Counted from the stretch's first letter, positions 1 to 9,180 are shown. The stretch is 51,447 nt of DNA from an uncultured Spirochaetota bacterium (GCA_964525675.1 CAZGJW010000004.1:1-51447), one strand, 5' to 3'. The notes: generated from the letters alone by a model not told the origin. Program-made: numbers and translations.

Positions 1-101
1 ATAAAGCAGGACCATTCATAGGATTCATCTTTCATTAGCGATTCAGCAGCCTTAACGTCCCTATCCGCCTGATTTATCCAGTCCTTACTTCTCTCCGACA
101 T
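1..101 (-). CDS. HEPN domain protein, N-terminal part (runs off the left edge)
   Basis: Manual translation from ATG at 101 gives MSERSKDWINQADRDVKAAESLMKDESYEWSCF, matching the typical HEPN start (W..QA..D...A......YEW.CF). GAGG SD upstream. Not in the ORF track because it is truncated. Confidence 0.75.
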   Translation of the reverse strand, partial: MSERSKDWINQADRDVKAAESLMKDESYEWSCF

Positions 102-222
102 ATAGTGCCTCTTGATTCCTTTCTTTTTATCGATTGCCTCATCGTTTGCCGAAAAGAGTGGTATCTTTCCGGCAATTTTGCTATTTCAGTTGATTCAATT
201 ACAAACAACATCCTTTCTAAGT

Positions 223-250
223 ATTATACACAGCCAACTTAAATTTTGAA
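223..250 (-). promoter_or_regulatory. Putative sigma70 promoter for the HEPN gene
   Basis: Minus strand TTCAAA-16 nt-TATAAT. Confidence 0.5.
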
Positions 251-265
251 AAGGAATTTATGATC

Positions 266-294
266 TTGACAGAAAAGAACATTTGTGTTAGTAT
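266..294 (+). promoter_or_regulatory. Putative sigma70 promoter for the AAA ATPase
   Basis: TTGACA(266-271)-17 nt-TAGTAT(289-294), with TGn extended -10. Confidence 0.65.
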
Positions 295-339
295 GTGTAA
301 TGAAGTGCACAAATTATATATATTTTGAGCAGTCTAATT

Positions 340-1635
340 ATGGATAAGCAACTAATCAAGCAAATATTGATAGAACAAAAAAATGAAATTACTCAAATTT
401 TTAAAGGGAAAATTATCCCTCGAGATATTCAACAAGGCATAAAGAAGATTTTTAAAACAGATTTAATCAAAGTAATTATGGGAGTAAGAAGATGTGGCAA
501 ATCTACTTTAGCCCACCAGCTATTAAAAGGTAAAAAATATGGTTATATTGATTTTGATGATGAAAGACTGGTTGGCATAAGATCTAAAGATCTTAATGAT
601 TTCTTGGAAACATTAAATGAAATATCATCTGGAGTTACATTTTTATTATTAGATGAAATTCAAAATATTGAAGGTTGGGAATTATTTGTTAATCGTCTGA
701 AAAGAAAAGGCTATAATATTATTGTCTCCGGAAGTAATTCCAAACTTTTGAGTAGAGAATTAGCTACTCACTTAACTGGAAGACATTTTAGTATTGAACT
801 TTATCCATTTTCTTTCAGAGAATTTTTAACCTTTAAGCATATCTTTGTAGAAGAAGAAGATTTCTATATTACAGAAAAAAGGGCAATTATTAAAAAATCG
901 ATTGAGGAGTATTTGATAGAAGGTGGTATGCCGGAGGCTCTTAAAATCGAGGCTAAAAGAAGTTATTTACGAGAATTATTTGATAAGATAACTACTCGAG
1001 ATATTGTCTTGAGATACAACGTTAAATATATTAAAGATTTAAAAGAGATGGCACTATTTGCTATTTCGAATTTTAGCTCTAAGATTACTTATAATAAGAT
1101 TAAAAATATTTTTGAGATAAAAAGTATTCATACAGTAAAAAATTATTCAAATTATTTGGAAGAGGCTTATTTAACGTTTATACTTAATCCCTTTTCATTT
1201 AAAATTAAAGAGCAAATTAAACAACCAAGAAAAATCTACTGCATAGATAATGGTTTAATAAACTCTCTTGTTCCCAAAACAACTCTTGATTATGGAAAAT
1301 TAATGGAAAATTTAGTGTATTTAGAATTGAAAATACGGGGCAAGGAAATTTATTTTTATTCCCAAAATAATTTTGAGGTAGATTTTTTAATAAGAGAGGA
1401 TTTAAAAATAAAACAGCTAATACAGGTATGTTTTTCAGTAGCGGATGAGAGTACAAAAAAACGAGAGATTCGAGCATTAGTAAAAGCCTCTGAAAGATTA
1501 AATTGCAATGATTTAATTATTATTACCTGGGATGAAGAAGAAGAGATGGTATTTAATTCTAATAAAATAAAATTTATTCCTTTATGGAAGTGGCTGTTGA
1601 CCCCGATTGAAGGAAATTTTATTGACTGGGCTTGA
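340..1635 (+). CDS. AAA+ ATPase, AAA_14 + DUF4143 (COG1373 type)
   Basis: Walker A GVRRCGKS, Walker B LLLDEIQ, SGSNS, GGMPE, C-terminal ENLV...EVDF..IQV nuclease-like motif. ATG at 340 preferred over TTG at 325. Confidence 0.9.
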   Translation: MDKQLIKQILIEQKNEITQIFKGKIIPRDIQQGIKKIFKTDLIKVIMGVRRCGKSTLAHQLLKGKKYGYIDFDDERLVGIRSKDLNDFLETLNEISSGVTFLLLDEIQNIEGWELFVNRLKRKGYNIIVSGSNSKLLSRELATHLTGRHFSIELYPFSFREFLTFKHIFVEEEDFYITEKRAIIKKSIEEYLIEGGMPEALKIEAKRSYLRELFDKITTRDIVLRYNVKYIKDLKEMALFAISNFSSKITYNKIKNIFEIKSIHTVKNYSNYLEEAYLTFILNPFSFKIKEQIKQPRKIYCIDNGLINSLVPKTTLDYGKLMENLVYLELKIRGKEIYFYSQNNFEVDFLIREDLKIKQLIQVCFSVADESTKKREIRALVKASERLNCNDLIIITWDEEEEMVFNSNKIKFIPLWKWLLTPIEGNFIDWA

Positions 1636-1733
1636 GGTATGGTTTGTAAAATAGACATGAAAGCGGCCAAACCTGGATGTGGCCGAGTCAGCGTAAAAGT
1701 CGATTAAAGTACGAGTATTTTTCGGTCGCCTCG

Positions 1734-2492
1734 TTACACAACCCTGATATCCCGGACTGAGTTCAGCACCACATCTGCATCCTTTTTCAGGTCCTCCGAG
1801 AGGGCGACGCCGTCTTCAACAATACCCACAACCAGGCCGAGTGCTGCCGACTTTGCCATCTGCATGTCTGTAATTGCATCACCGACGAATGCGGTGCTGC
1901 GTCCGTCGACCTTCAACGCTTCGAGGGTTTTGAAGATCATCTCCGGATGAGGTTTGTTGTTTTCTGTTTTATCAGCCCCGATAACGAAATCGAACAGGTC
2001 GTATACGCCCGTGTGCTTCAGAACATCCGTTGCGATTTGGGTTAGATCAGCTGTTGCAAGGGATATGAGGATGCCGCCTCTCTTGAGCCGTTCGAGAACA
2101 TCCTTCACACCGTCTATGAGCTCGGTACACCTGCCGCGGTCAAGCTCCTCCTCCGCCTTCTGGGTGCTGTAGCGAGCAATGTTCTTACCCTCTTGCCAGG
2201 GCACGCCCATGCGGTACAGAATGGTCGCGAATACGATCTCGTCCTCCCAGGGCGGGGTGTAGGGGAATGGCCCGTACGGGTCGATGTACCGGCCTGATAT
2301 ACCGTATGTTTGATATACAGTTTTTCTGAACTCTTCTTCGGTACAGTTGAGGTTAATTTCCCTGAGGATGATCTCCATCCGCTTTTCCAGGATGGCGAAC
2401 CATGTTTTTCTGAAGTCTGTGAGAGTTCCGTCCTTGTCGAAGATAACGAGCTCAGTTTCAAAGGGACGGTCGCCGAACAGTACTGTTTTCAT
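1734..2492 (-). CDS. HAD-family hydrolase (phosphoglycolate phosphatase-like)
   Basis: IFDKDGTL motif I, KPHP, VGD..TD. Start at MKTVLF, with GGTGG SD. Confidence 0.85.
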   Translation of the reverse strand: MKTVLFGDRPFETELVIFDKDGTLTDFRKTWFAILEKRMEIILREINLNCTEEEFRKTVYQTYGISGRYIDPYGPFPYTPPWEDEIVFATILYRMGVPWQEGKNIARYSTQKAEEELDRGRCTELIDGVKDVLERLKRGGILISLATADLTQIATDVLKHTGVYDLFDFVIGADKTENNKPHPEMIFKTLEALKVDGRSTAFVGDAITDMQMAKSAALGLVVGIVEDGVALSEDLKKDADVVLNSVRDIRVV

Positions 2493-2530
2493 ATTGCTAC
2501 CACCTGAAACTATCACGTTGCCAGAGCAAT

Positions 2531-3235
2531 CTACCACCTGATACCGAAGAATGATGCGATTGCTTCTCTGTTTCTGTTTATTATGAGCTTTTCGGGAAAC
2601 TGCACTTCATGAAGATAGTCGAGTGCCGTTGAGAACTGGCCGACCTCCTCCGCTATATGGGCGTCGGAATTGACTGCAATCTGCGCCCCCTCCCTGGCGC
2701 ATTTCTCGAGGTATTCGAGCACCGTCTTTTTCTGCTGAAGCTTGCTCGTATTGAGCTCGAGCGCGACCCTGCTTTGGACAGCGGCATCGATAACCGGGTC
2801 GATATCAACATCGTAGTAGGTGCCGACAGGATGGGTGAACATCCTGATTTTGCCCCTTCCCATGGCATTGACGATTGCCTCTGTCCTTTCTGTCCTGTTG
2901 AGTTCGGCGATCCAGGAGAAGGGGTGAAGACCTGCTGTTACGAGATCAAGTCCGGACAGAACATCATCATGCAGGGTAAGCTCGCCGTTTTTGCTGCTGA
3001 TGTCATCCTCAACACCGGTAAAGATTCTTATTGGCAAATGAAGCCCGCCGAACATGCGCTTTAGAGAGAGAAAGTAGATCGGATCCGGCCCGCCCTGTAT
3101 ACCGGGGCCGTGATCGGTGATCCCGATCCCTAAAAGTCCCTGCCTGCATGCAGCTTCAGCCATGGTGCGTGCAGTGTCGATGCCGTGTCCGCTTGCCAGG
3201 GTGTGGGTGTGCAGGTCTGCGATAATTGAGAGCAT
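2531..3235 (-). CDS. PHP-domain phosphatase (YcdX-like)
   Basis: DLHTHT..SGH, ITDHGP, HP, ELN and NSDAH metal-binding motifs. Confidence 0.85.
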   Translation of the reverse strand: MLSIIADLHTHTLASGHGIDTARTMAEAACRQGLLGIGITDHGPGIQGGPDPIYFLSLKRMFGGLHLPIRIFTGVEDDISSKNGELTLHDDVLSGLDLVTAGLHPFSWIAELNRTERTEAIVNAMGRGKIRMFTHPVGTYYDVDIDPVIDAAVQSRVALELNTSKLQQKKTVLEYLEKCAREGAQIAVNSDAHIAEEVGQFSTALDYLHEVQFPEKLIINRNREAIASFFGIRW

Positions 3236-3333
3236 TCTGTTCCTCGATAAATATTTTTTATTGGCACCGGCTCATCGAAATGCAGAATTCGGCAGTCCGC
3301 TCAATAGTACGCATGCGCAGGTTACGACCTTTT

Positions 3334-4158
3334 TTACTGCCCCTCGCTGCCGGGTCTGGTTTCCCCATCGACTGATCCATCAGCTTGTTCATATCCCTTC
3401 CATAACTTGAATGCGAACATAAATGCCAGGCCGCCTGCCACAAACAGCGCGCTGAGCACCTGGGCGCCACGCAACCTTTCCAGCATGAGACTGTCGGCCC
3501 TGAGAAAGCTTACGAAGAAACGGATGATGCCGTAGTTAATAAGATACATATCGAAAATAAAGCCCCTTTTATGAGTGCCCTTCCGCAGCTTCCAGAGTAT
3601 GAAAAATAAAACCAGGTTGAGCACGAGCTCGTAAAGCATAACCGGGTGCAGGGGCTGACCGGGAAACTGCATCCCGGCGGGGCTGTCTTCGGGAAACACG
3701 ATGCCCCACGGGAGTGCTGTCGGCAGGCCGTGTGCATCACCGTTCATGAAGTTTCCGATTCGCCCTATGGCCTGTCCGAGAGCAAGAAGCGGCGCTGTTG
3801 CGTCGAGAAGATCGAAATAGTGCACTTTTTTTATGCGGGAGAACCAATAGATGAAAAGCGATCCACCCAGTATGCCGCCATGTATGGCAAGGCCGCCGTT
3901 CCAGATGGCGAATATCTCGAGAGGATTGGCAGCATAATAATCCTTCCACATGAATATGACGTAGTAGAGCCGTGCCCCTAAAATCCCGCCGACTACTGTC
4001 CAGAATACGAAGCTAATTACGTCGTCTTTCGTAAGACCGATTTTTTTTCTGACTATTTCCCTTCGTAGAAGAAAGATCCCGATCACGATACCTATGACGT
4101 ACATGAGCCCGTAGTAACGGATTTCGATGGGCCCTATCTTTACAAATACCGGATGCAT
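3334..4158 (-). CDS. lgt: Prolipoprotein diacylglyceryl transferase
   Basis: IRYYGLMY, LGARLYYV, GGLAIHGG, GRIGNFMNG, HPVMLYE motifs; multiple TM helices. Confidence 0.95.
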   Translation of the reverse strand: MHPVFVKIGPIEIRYYGLMYVIGIVIGIFLLRREIVRKKIGLTKDDVISFVFWTVVGGILGARLYYVIFMWKDYYAANPLEIFAIWNGGLAIHGGILGGSLFIYWFSRIKKVHYFDLLDATAPLLALGQAIGRIGNFMNGDAHGLPTALPWGIVFPEDSPAGMQFPGQPLHPVMLYELVLNLVLFFILWKLRKGTHKRGFIFDMYLINYGIIRFFVSFLRADSLMLERLRGAQVLSALFVAGGLAFMFAFKLWKGYEQADGSVDGETRPGSEGQ

Positions 4159-4356
4159 TCTTGTATGTTCTTTTTACTCAAGGTTGGAGATTAAGAAAGT
4201 GCCTATCGGCACCATGCTGGTCCTAATATAATCGAGTATTCCTCTATTATGAAGTTATTTTACGATTGTTCACGGTTATACAGTTTTTCGCACGATCGTA
4301 ATCTCATGTATGGGATTATCGAGCAGGATGAATTTTTTACTTTTTTGCCCATGAGC

Positions 4357-5547
4357 CTATTTTTTATAGTAGGTGAGTAGCTTTTCCACAGCTTCGAGAA
4401 CGGAGTCGATATCCTCCTCTGTCATCTGCGGATACAGGGGGAGGGTGACTTCCTGAAGGTACGTGTGATAGGAAACGGGAAAATAATCGGGTCGATATCC
4501 GAAAGTCTTTTTGTAATAGCTCATAAGGTGAACCGGTATGAAGTGCACGTTGGCTGCTATGTTTTCTCTGCCGAGAGCGCTGATGAAATTGTCCCTGTCG
4601 ATCGAAAGCCGTGAAAAGTCGACACAGAGGGGGTAGATATGCCAGGCGTGGGTGGTGCCGGGCTCCTCTTGGAGAGTGCGCACAAAATCAAACTGCTGTA
4701 ATAACGACGTGTACCTTGCTGCGATGTCTTTTCGCCGTTCCCTGTTTTGATCGAGGCGCCTGAGCTGACACAGCCCGATTGCAGCCTGAATATCGGTCAT
4801 ATTGAATTTATAACCGGGCACCGCTATATCGTACTTCCAGTTTCCGATTTTGAGTTTTTCATACGCATCCTTCGTCTGGCCGTGCAGGGAATAAAGCTTC
4901 AGCCGTTTTATAAACTCCTCGTCATTCGATAGCACAGCGCCGCCCTCCCCGGTTGTGAGATTTTTAACCGCATGAAAGGAGAATACAGCGGGGTTTTCCC
5001 CGCTTCCGATTTTTCGCCCGTGATAGGATGCGCTTATGGCATGCGCTGCATCCTCGATAACGGCGATTTGGTGATGCGAGACCAGTGCCTGAATAGCATC
5101 CATTCGAGCAGGTCCGCCTGCAAAATGAACAGGAATAACCGCCTTTGTCTTTCGCGTAATCTTTTTTTCTATTTCATCGGGTGAAATGTTGAACGTCCTT
5201 TTTTCAATGTCGGCGAAGACAGGGCGCGCCCCGATATGCAGGATGACATTTACCGTTGCTGCAAAGGTGTAGGGTGTTGTGATGACTTCGTCACCGGGGC
5301 CGATGCCGCAAAGTTTCAGGGAAAGGAAGAGCCCGGCGGTCGCCGATGAGAGCACGGTACATGCTTCGGCGCCCGTATATGCAGCAAGAGCCTCTTCAAA
5401 CTCCTCGCATTTCCCGCCCCGGGTAATCCACCCCGATTTGAGAACCGCGGTCACTTCATCGATTTCTTGCTTTTGTATGTATGGCGGTGAAAATAGGAGA
5501 GGGCTCTCCCTCACCGGTGTGCCGCCTTCAATTGCGGGTTTTTGCAT
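4357..5547 (-). CDS. DegT/DnrJ/EryC1/StrS family PLP-dependent sugar aminotransferase
   Basis: SSATAGL, IEDAAHA, FSFHAVKNLTTGEGG (PLP Lys). Start at MQKPAIEGG with GAGGAAGG SD; the longer ORF-track start overlaps the neighbouring gene. Confidence 0.9.
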   Translation of the reverse strand: MQKPAIEGGTPVRESPLLFSPPYIQKQEIDEVTAVLKSGWITRGGKCEEFEEALAAYTGAEACTVLSSATAGLFLSLKLCGIGPGDEVITTPYTFAATVNVILHIGARPVFADIEKRTFNISPDEIEKKITRKTKAVIPVHFAGGPARMDAIQALVSHHQIAVIEDAAHAISASYHGRKIGSGENPAVFSFHAVKNLTTGEGGAVLSNDEEFIKRLKLYSLHGQTKDAYEKLKIGNWKYDIAVPGYKFNMTDIQAAIGLCQLRRLDQNRERRKDIAARYTSLLQQFDFVRTLQEEPGTTHAWHIYPLCVDFSRLSIDRDNFISALGRENIAANVHFIPVHLMSYYKKTFGYRPDYFPVSYHTYLQEVTLPLYPQMTEEDIDSVLEAVEKLLTYYKK

Positions 5548-5734
5548 GACCCTTCCTCGCTCATAAGCCGGCCGCTTTGTGTTCGGATAATGTCGACAGT
5601 ATAAAGTTCCTGCTTGCACAACGCGAAGAACATCCAGCTCATCGGCTGTTTTATAAATTCCTTTTTTTATTCTATGACCTGTGTTACAATTATCGGATAA
5701 AGCATGAATAGAAATAGATGAAAGGGGATGAACA

Positions 5735-6913
5735 ATGGGAATCATAAAAACACTTGACGGACAGCCGAGCTACACACTTACGAACGATATGGTACGCACA
5801 GCGGTAACGGTGCAGGGTGGGCATCTAACCGCCTCGTTCAAGGCGGGAAACAGAGACATTAATCCCTTCTTCATCGCACCCTGGTGGCGCGAGCAGAAGT
5901 ATGATGTTGATGAGATTCTCGGAGTTTTACGGGGTGATTTTTTCTGTTTTCCTTTCGGCGGCGGGGAGGACCCGTATGCGAAAACAACCTATCCAATACA
6001 CGGCGATACGGCATGCGAAAACTGGGATTTTGTCGACCTGGCAAGAAAAAGCGATGAATCGATGCTTGCCCTTAGACAGGGCATGCGGCAGGAATTTGCT
6101 GAAATCAAGAAGTTCATCGGGCTTAAAAAGGGTGAACCGGTTATATACATCGATCATCTTATCGATGGTTTTACCGGCAAGATGCCGCTCGGGAATCATC
6201 CGACCTTGAAACTCCCTGACAGGGAGTGGTCCGGCATAGTAGATATCTCGCAGCCGATAACAGGATTTACACCGACGAAGTATTTCGAGGATCCGAAAGC
6301 CGGCGGCTACATTCGAATGAAGCCGAACACGGAAGTCACAGACAGGGAGAAGGTCCCCTGTCTCGATGGAAGTACGATCGATGCAACCAGGTACCCGGCG
6401 CCGTCAGGGTATGAGGACCTTCTCATGTTCATCAGCGATCCCACGCTTGATTTTACTTTCAGCGCGGTTTCCGTGCCTGAGGAGGGATATCTCTATTTTC
6501 AGTTGAAAGACCCGAAGGTGCTTGCTCAGACGGTATTCTGGATGTCCAACGGGGGGAGGTACTACCCACCGTGGAACGGACGCTGCAGATCGGTACTCGG
6601 TATTGAGGAGGTGACCTCCTTCTTTAACTACGGTATTAAAGAGAGTGTTGAAAAGAATCTCTTTACCGAACGGGGGTTTAAAACCGTTGTCGATTTACAT
6701 TCGGATACACCTTCGCATTTCAAGCTCATTATGGGCCTTGTACCGATAAAGAAGGATTTCAAAGGTGTGAGGAATATTGTAAAGAAGGACGATCTTCACG
6801 TCACGATAGAGGGAAGGGGCGGTGAAAAGATCGATGTGGGGTGCAGAGTCGATTTTCTGAAGCCGTCTGCCGGATTTATTTCAGTTTTTTCAGAAATTAC
6901 CGAAAATCAATGA
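5735..6913 (+). CDS. Hypothetical protein, probably galactose-mutarotase/aldose-epimerase-like fold
   Basis: 392 aa ORF with AGGGGA SD. GDFFCFPFG, IHG..A..W and GNHPT motifs resemble the mutarotase superfamily (inference). Confidence 0.6.
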   Translation: MGIIKTLDGQPSYTLTNDMVRTAVTVQGGHLTASFKAGNRDINPFFIAPWWREQKYDVDEILGVLRGDFFCFPFGGGEDPYAKTTYPIHGDTACENWDFVDLARKSDESMLALRQGMRQEFAEIKKFIGLKKGEPVIYIDHLIDGFTGKMPLGNHPTLKLPDREWSGIVDISQPITGFTPTKYFEDPKAGGYIRMKPNTEVTDREKVPCLDGSTIDATRYPAPSGYEDLLMFISDPTLDFTFSAVSVPEEGYLYFQLKDPKVLAQTVFWMSNGGRYYPPWNGRCRSVLGIEEVTSFFNYGIKESVEKNLFTERGFKTVVDLHSDTPSHFKLIMGLVPIKKDFKGVRNIVKKDDLHVTIEGRGGEKIDVGCRVDFLKPSAGFISVFSEITENQ

Positions 6914-6969
6914 GAAGTATATCCTCAGCCAAATGATCGATAGATTATGGCAAAAGGTGTCCTGCTGAA

Positions 6970-7695
6970 ATGTTTTTGATTATCGTGCTCGGCCTTGTGT
7001 TCCTGGTGGGTGTTTCATTATTCGTTGCCATCGTGGGGACGTCGTTTCTTAAACGGCACGCGGTGAGGATCCCGGGTCCGTCTACGACAGCACTATCCGA
7101 AGGCGATTACGGCAGGCAGTTTGAAACGGGTTATCAGGAGCAGGTTGCCGAGGTGGAGAAAGAGGCACCGGTTGCTCCGGCAGGGCCTCCCGTACAGAGG
7201 CCGATTCGTCCGACATTTCCACAAAAGCATGTACCTTCAAGAGGGGGCGGCAGATGGATACCCGTTGCGGTGCTCATCGTTGTGATTCTTGCCTCTTTCA
7301 TGCTGTACGGAACGAGGAATATGCGGGGTACAGGAGGGGGATACCGGCTGTACTTCTGTGAGGACGTCGATTTCACGAGGCTCAGGCCTATACATAAATC
7401 CAACACCTTTACAAGAGGAAACGTGACGCTTTTTCTAAAGGCGCAAGCGCCGTTGGGCCTCAAAGAAGCGCGTGTTGTCGTGTACAGGCTCGACACCCAG
7501 CAGGTGGAACCGTACGCTTCGAAACTGATTCCCCTGCGGCCAGAATGGACCGCGTTCTCCGTAAAGATGCTCTTCGACACCATCGGGACATTCAGTGTGA
7601 ATCTATACGGCCCTGAAGAGGTACTGATAGCTCAGAAAAATATCGTGATAGTTCCCGATTCTTTTGCCTACAAACCCGTTCCTGCAGTTCAATAA
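6970..7695 (+). CDS. Hypothetical membrane protein (TM - Pro-rich linker - TM - beta-rich C domain)
   Basis: Two hydrophobic segments flank a PVAPAGPPVQRPIRP linker. Confidence 0.6.
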   Translation: MFLIIVLGLVFLVGVSLFVAIVGTSFLKRHAVRIPGPSTTALSEGDYGRQFETGYQEQVAEVEKEAPVAPAGPPVQRPIRPTFPQKHVPSRGGGRWIPVAVLIVVILASFMLYGTRNMRGTGGGYRLYFCEDVDFTRLRPIHKSNTFTRGNVTLFLKAQAPLGLKEARVVVYRLDTQQVEPYASKLIPLRPEWTAFSVKMLFDTIGTFSVNLYGPEEVLIAQKNIVIVPDSFAYKPVPAVQ

Positions 7696-7768
7696 CTTCA
7701 TAAACAATTACCTTCATTCTTTGGCCTGCCTATAAGCCCGTTTTATGCTTCATGCGTGTCTTTATAAT

Positions 7769-8488
7769 CTATTTTCCGGGGATTTCAAGGAGTGACATTT
7801 CATAGTCGAATCTATCAACCATCATACTTTGACCGAGGGGATCTTTTATATACGTGCCGTCAACGATGAACTGATAGGCATAGAGGCCTGGCGGAATATC
7901 CACTTCTATTTCCCAGTATCCGCTTTTATTTTTTTTCATTGGCAGTGAGTAGGGATTCCAGTTATTGAAGTCACCGATGAGGTTTACATGTTTCGCAGAA
8001 TTGTCCCTGTAATAGAAAATACAGGTGTTTTCTTTCAGCCGAACGGGGTTGTAGTCAACGAGAAGAACCGGCTTTTTTACTTCAAAGTATGAGAGCTCTG
8101 TTCCGGTTGAATCGTACACAGTACGGGGATTTTTGGGATCGTTTATCCATATACCGTCCACGAGGAACCTGTAGCGATACATCCCTTTATTCAGGAGAAT
8201 GCCCTTTTTCCCCGGTTTTTTATATACAAAGAAGAACACATCGTAATGATTCCTGGTCATTAAATGAACATCCTGCCAATCGTCGAAATCTCCGCTTACC
8301 GTGACGTATTTCGGGATTGGTTCTTGCGGCTGATAGGTAAACACGATTCCCTGTTCGGTTATTTTCGGGGGCCCGGCCTGTTTGACATATGAAACATCCT
8401 CGGCACACACGGGGGCCACGGAGAAAAAAAACAGGAGGAGCGCAAAAGAAGCTGTAATAGGGATGAATATAGGACTGATATTTTTCAT
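7769..8488 (-). CDS. Exported protein with two CBM48/AMPK-type glycogen-binding domains
   Basis: Signal-peptide-like N terminus; two repeats of V...GDF..W....M.....Y.Y.F.VDG.....DP. Confidence 0.8.
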   Translation of the reverse strand: MKNISPIFIPITASFALLLFFFSVAPVCAEDVSYVKQAGPPKITEQGIVFTYQPQEPIPKYVTVSGDFDDWQDVHLMTRNHYDVFFFVYKKPGKKGILLNKGMYRYRFLVDGIWINDPKNPRTVYDSTGTELSYFEVKKPVLLVDYNPVRLKENTCIFYYRDNSAKHVNLIGDFNNWNPYSLPMKKNKSGYWEIEVDIPPGLYAYQFIVDGTYIKDPLGQSMMVDRFDYEMSLLEIPGK

Positions 8489-8642
8489 TTTTTGTCGAAA
8501 CAGAAAAAGACTTCCAATTCTTTTTTCATTATCGAATCATTTTTACACCTCCTTTATGGTTTTACCCATTAAAGTTCTGGGTTAAAATACGGAAATTCCA
8601 GTTTCAAATATCGATGTGCTTATTTTATTCTTTGTAAAACCG

Positions 8643-8703
8643 GGCAGCCGCAGCTGAATGCCCTGCACAAAGCTGATGGGCGATTTCAGCAAAGGCGGCT
8701 GCC
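8643..8703. other. Long imperfect intergenic hairpin downstream of ssb
   Basis: Perfect GGCAGCCGC/GCGGCTGCC outer stem, with inner GCTGAA/TTCAGC and GCCC/GGGC stems. Confidence 0.55.
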
Positions 8704-8802
8704 TGCTGTGTTCGCTCCAGACACGGGATGAGCCAAAATGTTTCTTCCGATAGATGCAGGCATACGTACAGCCTGCTTTTTCTGTTGAAAGCCCTGCCGG
8801 CC

Positions 8803-9180
8803 TCAAAAGGGAGTGTCGTCATCCGATGTATGCGAGCCTTCCCCTTCCTGTTCCTTGAAATCCAGAAACTGCACCTGATTGCCGATAACGTCGATCTTTG
8901 AGTGATTGGTTCCCGATTCGTCCTGCCAGCGGTTGTGCCTCAGCCTGCCGTTTACAATGACACGCCTTCCCTTGCTGAGATGTTCGTTGCAGAGCTCGGC
9001 AAGTTTTGACCAGGTGGTGACATCAAAGAAGTTCACCTCTTTCTGCAGCTCATCATCCTTGTAGTGGTCGAAGTTGTTGGCAATGGAAAACCTGCACAAT
9101 GCAGTGCCCCCCTGTGTGTAGCGAATCTCGGGGTCGCCAACGAGCCTCCCTTCAAGTACCGCCAGGTTGAAGTTTCTCAT
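8803..9180 (-). CDS. ssb: Single-stranded DNA-binding protein
   Basis: NLAVLEGRLVGDPEIRYT...KGRRVIVNGRL OB fold; acidic tail DDDTPF; GAGGAGG SD before ATG at 9180. Confidence 0.93.
   Translation of the reverse strand: MRNFNLAVLEGRLVGDPEIRYTQGGTALCRFSIANNFDHYKDDELQKEVNFFDVTTWSKLAELCNEHLSKGRRVIVNGRLRHNRWQDESGTNHSKIDVIGNQVQFLDFKEQEGEGSHTSDDDTPF

Noticed and set aside
5548-5745. 66 aa N-terminal extension of the DegT aminotransferase
   Set aside because: It overlaps the start of the divergent gene, and a good SD precedes the internal ATG at 5547. The extensions of ssb, DUF89, radC and the second YedE half were rejected on the same grounds.
8582-8822. 65-74 aa ORFs between ssb and the CBM48 gene
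   Set aside because: They start inside ssb, lack SD and recognisable features, and the region looks structured and non-coding.
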